DNA of 13,230 nucleotides, taken from the NCBI GenBank assembly GCA_031425655.1, contig JANPJS010000229.1:1-13230 (forward strand), written 5' to 3'. The notes beneath the pieces are model-generated. The model did not search any database, was not told where the DNA came from, and saw only the letters and a list, made by a program, of their open reading frames with translations. The position numbers and the translations under genes were made by a program. The stretch is from Abditibacteriaceae bacterium (GTDB taxonomy: Bacteria; Armatimonadota; Abditibacteriia; Abditibacteriales; Abditibacteriaceae). This document shows positions 6,785 through 13,230 of this stretch, one piece after another. Within the stretch, counting starts at the first letter, position 1. Each line of letters begins with the position of its first letter.

Positions 6785-9700
6785 ATGGAAACGATGAAGA
6801 AGTGGTTGGTGGCAGTAACAATGGCGATGGCTGTTGTTTTCTCTGCCTGTTCCCTATCCGTTGCAGCACCGGGCGACCGGCTTGCAACGATCCAAGTCCC
6901 GGTAAGAAGCAACATTGGAGTAAGCGTAGCGGCAGATTGTCAAGGGCGCATTTATTACAACAATCTTGAAGATCCGCGCCTATTTGTCATTGACAAAAAC
7001 GGCAAGCTGCTTAACACGCTGCCGTTGCAAGATGGCAACAGCCAGCCTCACAACTTCGGCGAACTGGCATGGGACAGCAAGAGGAAAGTTCTGTGGAGTG
7101 CGGAATACCTCACTAATCCGGCGAAGATTTACCAAATCAATCCTCAAACCGGAGAATGCACGTTCAAATTCGTTAGCCAAACATTCCATGGTTTGGTGGA
7201 TGGTTTGGCTTACGACGCTGAGGATGACACGCTCTGGATCAGCGGCGATGCCGTTGAAACCATCGAACACCATAAAACAGACGGCACCTATATCAAACAA
7301 TTGGTTCCCCAAAATCAAGGTGGAGGCGTTCTGGGATCAATCAGCGGGGTTTGTGTTGCAAAGGGAGACTTGCTTTATCTGGGACAGGCGGGCCGCGCTC
7401 AGATCGTTCGCGTGAACAAAAAAACGGGCGCCTTTCACAGTAATTTTGCTTCTCCCGGCGGCACGCGCGACGAAGGCTTGGAATGCGATTCCGTTAACTT
7501 TGGCAAATTAGTGCTGCTCTCGAAAGATGCCTACGACAATTTCATCTCGGTTATCGAACTCTCGCCAGACACTTGCTCGTGTGGCGGTGGAGGCGAGGCA
7601 TCTTCTGAGAGACCTAAGATTATTATGCTCAAAGGCACAAACAACTCAACTGAGTATGAAGTGCTGAAGCAACGCCTAATTAAAAACTTAGGCTACGATG
7701 AAAAGGACATTCTGATTACAAACATCTCCGAAAATCCTCCAGAGGGAAGCCCTGGTCATAGGAGATATAAATTCCGCTTTTTCTTCGGAGATGGATACGT
7801 TGACCAAGACGTTGCGGAAAGAGACGGCGCTGCTTCTATCGAAAATTGCGTCACATTCATCTCGCAGCGGATCCGTAATAAGAAAAGCGACCCCAATGAT
7901 GGCTGGGGTGGACTTAACAAACCAATCCATGTCAACATCATTGCTCACAGTGCAGGCGGTTTGGTAGCACGGCATTTCATCAACTTGGCAAACCATGTCA
8001 ACTCCGATGACCGGAACAGCGCCCCGTTAGTAACGGTAGATAATTTAATTACTCTGGGAACACCTTATGGGGGCATTCATGGATCTGAATACGGTTTCAC
8101 AAAACTTGTCGTTCAAGGCCCTATATTGGACAACATGAACCAGAACAACGCTGCGGGTAATCCGGATTATATGCCCAATAAAAAGATTCCCGGAAGTTTG
8201 TTTCCTTTTCGCTTTGAAGACACTGAAACCATTTTTGGCCAAGAACACCGGGGAACCATGTTTTGGGGGTTGGGGGGAACAACTCCGAACAACACATCTG
8301 ACTCACCAAAGGATAACCCAGCTGGGGGCATACCTTTTGAATACGCATTAGGCATCGCAACGGAATCACCGTTTCTTGACGGCTTTATCAATGTGCGGAG
8401 TGCATTAGGGCACAAACCGCGATTCAGCTTGGTGCCGTCTTGTCAAACGCACTTTCGCTTCTTAGACGTCAACCATCGCACGTTACCTACTAACGTTAAT
8501 GGGGAAGAGAACGCTGTCAAATATATTCTTCAGGTTTTGAACGGTGTTGCCCCTTCGAATGTTGGTTGGCAGGGATGTAGTAATCTCCCAGACGTTGCCG
8601 GTGCTGAAGAGGATTCTGAACAACTTGTCGAGGGCAGAGGATTACTCCTCCAACAGGGTCAAGTGCAATCATTTCAAATTCCTGTTGACTCCGCACAAAA
8701 AGCTGTTTTTCGGTTTGTCACCAACGCCAATTGCAAATTTACGTTAAAAAGGCCTGATGGCATTAATATAACAGCGACAACCCAAGACCCCTCTGTCCAA
8801 TTCCAGGATCAGACAGACGAGCGGGGTTTCCACTTCATCTCTTTTTCAATCAATAATCCTCTGGTAGGTATATGGACAATCGAAACCAATCCAACACAAG
8901 TGACTGCTGATAAAGATCTGGCTGATTCGCAAATCACCGTCCAAAACGCTTTAGCACTTGTCGGCGCGGCTCAAAAACTTGAATATCCCAGTGGGGCCAG
9001 TCCTATTCTGTTAGCGAATTTGAAGCGGGACACTGAACCTCATGTTGGAGCAACAGTTACGGCCCATATTACTGGCAGATCCAATCAGATCTTGAACACC
9101 CCCCTATTTGATGATGGGAAGCACAACGACGGCACGGCTAATGACGGCCTTTATGGCAACCAACTGTCTCCCGTCAATGAGGGCGGCGTTTACAATGTAA
9201 CCTTCAAGGCGACGGGCACCAATGCAGCAGGACAAAAGTTTCGGCGCATCGCCAATGCCTTTTTCACCGTCGCGCCGAAGTCGGCAACGCTGGGGCAAAA
9301 CTACAAAGATCATGGCGTAAACAACGATGCCGATGATACCTTTGAATCGCTGGGCGTGGACGTGCCGATTAACGTCACTGAGGCCGGCAACTTTCTGGTG
9401 GAAGGCACCTTGAAAGACAATCAAGGCAACGTCATCGAAACTACATTGGCCCCAGCGCGTGGTTTGGCACTCGGCGCACGCACAATCACCTTGCTCTTCG
9501 ACGGCAGCACGATTTTCAAGCACGGCAAAGCTGGGCCTTTTACGATAACGGATGTGAAACTCTTTGCCGACACCACGGAGAGACCAATTCTTATCACAAG
9601 CTCTGCCACCGGACACCAAACCGTCGCGTATACACGAGCGCAATTTGACGAGGCGCCAGTTGTTCGGCTCATCCAGCCGGATGCCTCAAATCCGCAGGCG

Positions 9701-11008
9701 GATCAGTTTTTTGATGTGGTGCTGAATGCTACCGATTCGGACAATCCAGCCACCTTCAGTGTCTTTTACGACACCGATAAACAAGGAGCCGACGGCGTCG
9801 CAATCGCGCTCAATCTGCCCGCGAATGGCGACCAAGTGGTGAACTGGAACACTTCCATTGTCCCCGACGGCCACTATTTCATATATGTCGTTGCGTCCGA
9901 TGGTATTCGTCCGCCGGTCACGATTTACAGTCGCGGTCAAGTTTCCGTGCGTGTGCCACCTCCTACTGCCCAACCAACTATCACCGCAATCACGCCGAAT
10001 TCAGGGTTTAACAACGGCTCGGTGAGAATTACCATTACAGGAAGCAGGTTCTTGCCAGGCGCCACCGTGAAGTTGGTGCGTAACGGACAGCCTGACATCA
10101 ACGGCACAAATGTGGTCGTGCAAAGCACGACACAAATTGCTGCAACTTTCGACTTGGCAGGAAAGTCGTCCGGGTTGAGGATAGTTGTCATTCACACTGT
10201 GAGTGGGGATTCGCCTAATGTTGCTGGAGCAGGCAATACATTCACAGTGATTGATGCGCCGCCCAGCATAACCGCAGTTTCGCCACAATTCAGTGCGCCG
10301 GGAAAACAAATCACAATTACCGGCACTAACTTCACCGGCGCAACCGCTGTTAAGTTCAACGGGCTGGCGGCCATATTTACCGTCAATTCCGCGACGCAAA
10401 TCACCGCGACGGTGCCGGAGCGCGCTATTACAGGGCGCATCAGTGTGACTACGCCTGCGGGCACCACCACAAGCACCGCCGACTTCATAGTTGCACCGTG
10501 GATTGGCAGTTTCACGTCTACGCCGGGCGGTTACAAAAAGCCGGAGGTCGTGACAGTTACCGGCGCGAATTTCACCAATGCGACACAAGCGTTCATCGGA
10601 AATACTCCGGCGAGTTTCGTGGTGCTGAGTTCGACACAGATACGGCTCTCGGTTCCGGTTCTCACTTACGGCAAGATTAAGGTCTCTTCCGTTGCTGGCA
10701 CCGGGACAAGCGAGGCTTTGTTCATCGGAGCCACAGCTTTGCCCAAGTTCGACGTGACGCCATTGTCGGGCCGCGCCGGGATTAAAGTGCGCCTGACGGG
10801 AACCTCTTTTGCCTATGTGCAAGAAGTGCGCTTCAATGGCGTTCTCTCACCAAGCTTCAAGCAGATCTCAAAATACGAGCTTGAAGCGACGGTGCCCGCC
10901 GGAACCATTTCCGGTATTCGCCCCGTGGCGGTTCCCGTTGAGGTGAGGCAGCGTTCGGGCACGGGTTACTCCAACGTCTCGAAGGTCAATTTCACGGTTA
11001 TCCCGTAG
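6785..11008 (+). CDS. Large exported multidomain protein: beta-propeller + lipase/PGAP1-like alpha/beta hydrolase + choice-of-anchor-X-like motif + Ig-like domains + 4 IPT/TIG repeats (~1407 aa)
   Basis: ACAGGAG RBS before ATG 6785. Signal peptide MKKWLVAVTMAMAVVFSACSLSVA-A. Propeller-like blades (ELAWDSKRKVLW, DGLAYDAEDDTLWIS). VNIIAHSAGGLVAR (AHSAGG at 7943-7960) and LITLGTPYGG. LFDDGKHNDGTANDGLYG (9104-9157). WNTSIVPDGHYFIYVVASDG. IPT-like repeats starting near 9974, 10259, 10496 and 10742. Confidence 0.88.
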   Translation: METMKKWLVAVTMAMAVVFSACSLSVAAPGDRLATIQVPVRSNIGVSVAADCQGRIYYNNLEDPRLFVIDKNGKLLNTLPLQDGNSQPHNFGELAWDSKRKVLWSAEYLTNPAKIYQINPQTGECTFKFVSQTFHGLVDGLAYDAEDDTLWISGDAVETIEHHKTDGTYIKQLVPQNQGGGVLGSISGVCVAKGDLLYLGQAGRAQIVRVNKKTGAFHSNFASPGGTRDEGLECDSVNFGKLVLLSKDAYDNFISVIELSPDTCSCGGGGEASSERPKIIMLKGTNNSTEYEVLKQRLIKNLGYDEKDILITNISENPPEGSPGHRRYKFRFFFGDGYVDQDVAERDGAASIENCVTFISQRIRNKKSDPNDGWGGLNKPIHVNIIAHSAGGLVARHFINLANHVNSDDRNSAPLVTVDNLITLGTPYGGIHGSEYGFTKLVVQGPILDNMNQNNAAGNPDYMPNKKIPGSLFPFRFEDTETIFGQEHRGTMFWGLGGTTPNNTSDSPKDNPAGGIPFEYALGIATESPFLDGFINVRSALGHKPRFSLVPSCQTHFRFLDVNHRTLPTNVNGEENAVKYILQVLNGVAPSNVGWQGCSNLPDVAGAEEDSEQLVEGRGLLLQQGQVQSFQIPVDSAQKAVFRFVTNANCKFTLKRPDGINITATTQDPSVQFQDQTDERGFHFISFSINNPLVGIWTIETNPTQVTADKDLADSQITVQNALALVGAAQKLEYPSGASPILLANLKRDTEPHVGATVTAHITGRSNQILNTPLFDDGKHNDGTANDGLYGNQLSPVNEGGVYNVTFKATGTNAAGQKFRRIANAFFTVAPKSATLGQNYKDHGVNNDADDTFESLGVDVPINVTEAGNFLVEGTLKDNQGNVIETTLAPARGLALGARTITLLFDGSTIFKHGKAGPFTITDVKLFADTTERPILITSSATGHQTVAYTRAQFDEAPVVRLIQPDASNPQADQFFDVVLNATDSDNPATFSVFYDTDKQGADGVAIALNLPANGDQVVNWNTSIVPDGHYFIYVVASDGIRPPVTIYSRGQVSVRVPPPTAQPTITAITPNSGFNNGSVRITITGSRFLPGATVKLVRNGQPDINGTNVVVQSTTQIAATFDLAGKSSGLRIVVIHTVSGDSPNVAGAGNTFTVIDAPPSITAVSPQFSAPGKQITITGTNFTGATAVKFNGLAAIFTVNSATQITATVPERAITGRISVTTPAGTTTSTADFIVAPWIGSFTSTPGGYKKPEVVTVTGANFTNATQAFIGNTPASFVVLSSTQIRLSVPVLTYGKIKVSSVAGTGTSEALFIGATALPKFDVTPLSGRAGIKVRLTGTSFAYVQEVRFNGVLSPSFKQISKYELEATVPAGTISGIRPVAVPVEVRQRSGTGYSNVSKVNFTVIP

Positions 11009-11047
11009 GCAAGGTGGTTTTGGACACGGCAAGCCATGTCCCTACGG
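11003..11047. repeat. Degenerate GTAG-type REP-like palindrome overlapping the stop codon of the large gene
   Basis: CCGTAGG (11003-11009) pairs with CCTACGG (11041-11047). The inner hairpin GGACACGGC-AA-GCCATGTCC (one mismatch) is followed by CTAC. Confidence 0.5.
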
Positions 11048-11048
11048 C

Positions 11049-11084
11049 AAAAGGCGGCGAATCTTCGAGATTCGCCGCCTTTTT
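11049..11084. terminator. Intrinsic terminator, potentially bidirectional, between the convergent large gene and SOUL gene
   Basis: AAAAGGCGGCGAATCT-TCG-AGATTCGCCGCCTTTTT. Confidence 0.85.
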
Positions 11085-11157
11085 CGGTTTTCGCCTTGTT
11101 GTTTGGCGTTCGCGCGACCAAACTACGCCGAACACGACTTAAATTTCTCCGAAGGAA
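11049..11157 (+). repeat. Diverged direct repeat, copy 1 (~110 bp)
   Basis: Terminator hairpin, T/G-rich linker, CGCGCGACCAAACTACGCCGAACACGACTTAAATT and CGAAGGAA. Colinear with 11957-12066. Confidence 0.9.
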
Positions 11158-11163
11158 AAGCCC

Positions 11164-11763
11164 CTACTGCGACGAAATCGGCTTATCAATACGGATCATC
11201 ACTTCATTACGTCGCAGAGCATTCGGCGTCCACGGTGGATCATAATACGCAAAAGTAGGGGCATCCTTAGCAGACAGTTTTTGCGCGGAGAGCCACTTAT
11301 TAAGTTCTGTGACGGCTACTTTTTCGTTCTCAGCCGAGCGTCCCCCGCCAAAGCGCAACACCGCAAAGCGTGCTGCCTCCACTTTGTGGAGAATCACGCC
11401 ATCTTTCGTAGGTTTCGGCACACCTTTCTCCACCGTGTCCTTGGGCATAATGAAGCTCATTGTCTTCCCAGACTTCGCGGTATCAATGAGGACTGGTGAG
11501 GTCATGGCAATCTTTTCCGATTTGTCGTTGCTTCCCGTAATGAACTGGAATAAACGCCCGAAGCCTTGATCCATTTCGTCACCTTGCATCGAAGTCATGG
11601 CCACCATCAGCGACGGGTAATCGCGGATCTCGACCTTACCGTCGGTGCGAACAACTTTGTAGGCAGGTATTTCAACCGCCGCGCGCGAAGTGCTGACCAA
11701 CCATAATACGCCGCTTACGACGGTTATGGCCAAAACGAGGACTGTCTTTTGGGTGCGTTTCAT
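11164..11763 (-). CDS. SOUL family heme-binding protein with signal peptide/N-terminal membrane anchor
   Basis: EIPAYKVV...EIRDYP, GFGRLFQFITGSN, KIAMTSPV, MSFIMP, FAVLRFGG and YDPPWTPNALRRNEVMI. N-terminal MKRTQK followed by a hydrophobic stretch and SRA-A. Confidence 0.92.
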   Translation of the reverse strand: MKRTQKTVLVLAITVVSGVLWLVSTSRAAVEIPAYKVVRTDGKVEIRDYPSLMVAMTSMQGDEMDQGFGRLFQFITGSNDKSEKIAMTSPVLIDTAKSGKTMSFIMPKDTVEKGVPKPTKDGVILHKVEAARFAVLRFGGGRSAENEKVAVTELNKWLSAQKLSAKDAPTFAYYDPPWTPNALRRNEVMIRIDKPISSQ

Positions 11764-11953
11764 AAGATTGTGAGCGAACTCCTTTCGCGATTAAACGCAT
11801 TCTCTGCTGCCTCGTTCCACTTTTGTCTAACTAATGACCAATATCTTGTCTAAAAAGCACCTTTGTTCTGCAAACGGTCTGAGCATGAAGGCAGTCCGCC
11901 TCTCAATACACGAGTTTGACGGACAATGTCTCCTCCAGAGTAAGACGGCATCA

Positions 11954-11993
11954 AGAAAAAGGCAGCGAATCCGGGGATTCGCTGCCTTTTTCT
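11954..11993. terminator. Terminator-like hairpin upstream of the oxidoreductase (part of direct repeat copy 2)
   Basis: AGAAAAAGGCAGCGAATC-CGGG-GATTCGCTGCCTTTTTCT. It lies between divergent genes, so no obvious gene in the window ends here. Confidence 0.7.
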
Positions 11994-12066
11994 GTTGTTG
12001 CTCTTGTTTCGCGTGGGCCGCGCGACCAAACTACGCCCGAACACGACGTAAATTCAATCGAAGGAA
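11957..12066 (+). repeat. Diverged direct repeat, copy 2; includes the RBS of the oxidoreductase
   Basis: Hairpin, linker, CGCGCGACCAAACTACGCCCGAACACGACGTAAATT (12019-12054) and CGAAGGAA ending 9 nt before ATG 12076. Confidence 0.9.
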
Positions 12067-12075
12067 CTGGTTTTC

Positions 12076-13080
12076 ATGAACAAGGTTCGAGTCGCAATTT
12101 TGGGCTGTGGCGGCATGGCCGGCGCGCACGCTCAACGCTACAAAGGCAACCCCGATGTCGAAATCGTCGCGCTGTGCGACGTGTCGCAAGAGCAAGTGCA
12201 AAAGTTCATCGAGCGCAATCTCAAAGATTACGCGCCCGCGCCGCAGGTTTTTACCGACCCGGCACAGATGTATGCCGAAATTAAGCCCGACGCGGTTTCC
12301 ATCGTGACGCCGCATACCATGCACTTCGAGCATGGCATTCAGGCACTCGAAGCCGGCTGCCATATTCTCATGGAAAAGCCGATGGTAACCGAATCGGGCA
12401 ACGCGCACGCGTTGGCAAAGGCCGTCGAAAAAGCGGGCAAGGTTTTCGTGGTTGGCTACAACACGCCCTGCACGCCCGCTTTCACGCTGCTGCGCGAGAT
12501 TATTCGCAGCGGCGAATTGGGCAAGCTCGAAACCGTGACCGGCTGGCAAACGCAAAACTGGCTCAAAGGCACGACCGGCAGTTGGCGGCAAGACCCGGCT
12601 TTGTCGGGCGGCGGCCAAATGTATGATTCCGGCGCGCATATGTTCAATTCCCTCGTGTGGAGCGTCGAGCAGCCCGTCGCCGAAGTTTTGGCTTTCACCG
12701 ACAATCTCGGCTCGCCGGTTGACATCAACGGAACGGTCAACATTCGCTTCAAGAACGGCGTTTTGGCAACGATGACCATCGCCGGAAACTGCCCGGCCAG
12801 CGCGGCGGGCATGGTTTACACCTTCGACGGCGGTCGTGTGGACGTGGATGGCTGGGGCGGCAGTTGGATCAAGGTTTACAAAGGCTCGAAGGAAGTGCCC
12901 GCCGACGAATTGAAACTCGTCGGCGAAACGCAAACGCCCAACGACAACTTTGTGGACGCCATTCTTGGCCGAGCCGAGGCCCGCACCAGTCCGCTCAACG
13001 GCGTAATTCAAAGCGAACTTATGGACGCTATTTACGAATCGGCCCAAACCGGCGCGATTGCCCGTCCGGTTGCGCGCTAA
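12076..13080 (+). CDS. Gfo/Idh/MocA family NAD(P)-dependent oxidoreductase
   Basis: KVRVAILGCGGMA Rossmann motif, DAVSIVTPHTMH, ALEAGCHILMEKPM, IIRSGELG and WRQDPALSGGGQMYDSGAH. AAGGA RBS. Substrate not predictable. Confidence 0.95.
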   Translation: MNKVRVAILGCGGMAGAHAQRYKGNPDVEIVALCDVSQEQVQKFIERNLKDYAPAPQVFTDPAQMYAEIKPDAVSIVTPHTMHFEHGIQALEAGCHILMEKPMVTESGNAHALAKAVEKAGKVFVVGYNTPCTPAFTLLREIIRSGELGKLETVTGWQTQNWLKGTTGSWRQDPALSGGGQMYDSGAHMFNSLVWSVEQPVAEVLAFTDNLGSPVDINGTVNIRFKNGVLATMTIAGNCPASAAGMVYTFDGGRVDVDGWGGSWIKVYKGSKEVPADELKLVGETQTPNDNFVDAILGRAEARTSPLNGVIQSELMDAIYESAQTGAIARPVAR

Positions 13081-13091
13081 CACCACATAAG

Positions 13092-13128
13092 AAAGGCACG
13101 TCTTCGCAGCGCGAGGACGTGCCTTTTT
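13092..13128 (+). terminator. Intrinsic terminator after the oxidoreductase
   Basis: AAAGGCACGTCTTCGC-AGC-GCGAGGACGTGCCTTTTT (one G.U pair), 11 nt after the stop codon. Confidence 0.88.
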
Positions 13129-13179
13129 GTCACAATAAAGCCTCGGACGTTGAATTTTCTCAATGTGGTGAGGCGGGGC

Positions 13180-13230
13180 TAACGCCCTCTTCCAAACAAA
13201 ATAGCCTCACTGGCTTGGAAGAGGGCGTTA
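13180..13230. repeat. Inverted repeat of at least 16 bp, cut off by the window end (REP-doublet-like)
   Basis: TAACGCCCTCTTCCAA (13180-13195) and TTGGAAGAGGGCGTTA (13215-13230) are exact reverse complements, separated by a 19-nt spacer. Confidence 0.85.

Noticed and set aside
10001..10822. 273-aa minus-strand ORF and other antisense ORFs within the large gene, sod, hisD and the DUF512 gene
   Set aside because: These are shadow ORFs of well-supported genes in GC-rich DNA and have no recognisable motifs.
11049..12066. Integron attC sites flanking SOUL
   Set aside because: There are no convincing RYYYAAC...GTTRRRY boundaries around a single long imperfect palindrome and no integron integrase. 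The repeat is better described as terminator plus leader.
11834..12079. Small ORFs between SOUL and the oxidoreductase (and 11036-11245)
   Set aside because: They read through terminator hairpins, lack an RBS and show no protein-like features.
12031..13086. 351-aa minus-strand ORF
   Set aside because: It is the antisense mirror of the clearly identified Gfo/Idh/MocA gene.

Overview
A GC-rich bacterial chromosomal segment. The left part holds conserved genes: a DUF512/PDZ radical-SAM-like protein (-), a divergent M50 site-2 protease (+), a Tat-signal Mn-type superoxide dismutase (+) and a lone hisD (-). The middle part looks accessory: a possible sigma54 promoter, a stand-alone LuxR-type HTH protein, a 359-aa exported hypothetical protein, a ~1407-aa exported mosaic protein (beta-propeller, lipase-like alpha/beta hydrolase, choice-of-anchor-X-like motif, Ig-like domains, 4 IPT/TIG repeats) and an exported SOUL heme-binding protein (-). 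A Gfo/Idh/MocA oxidoreductase (+) ends the coding content. The non-coding DNA is unusually structured. It contains an 18-bp tandem array at the left edge and two ~130-bp long-arm palindromes built from CG(C/G)NAAG octamers that bracket the SOD gene. It also contains a ~110-bp diverged direct repeat with a compensatory stem change that brackets the SOUL gene and duplicates the terminator/leader/RBS of the oxidoreductase, plus REP-like hairpins. No integrase, transposase, tRNA, rRNA or CRISPR array was seen. All family assignments come from motif recognition by eye, not database searches.
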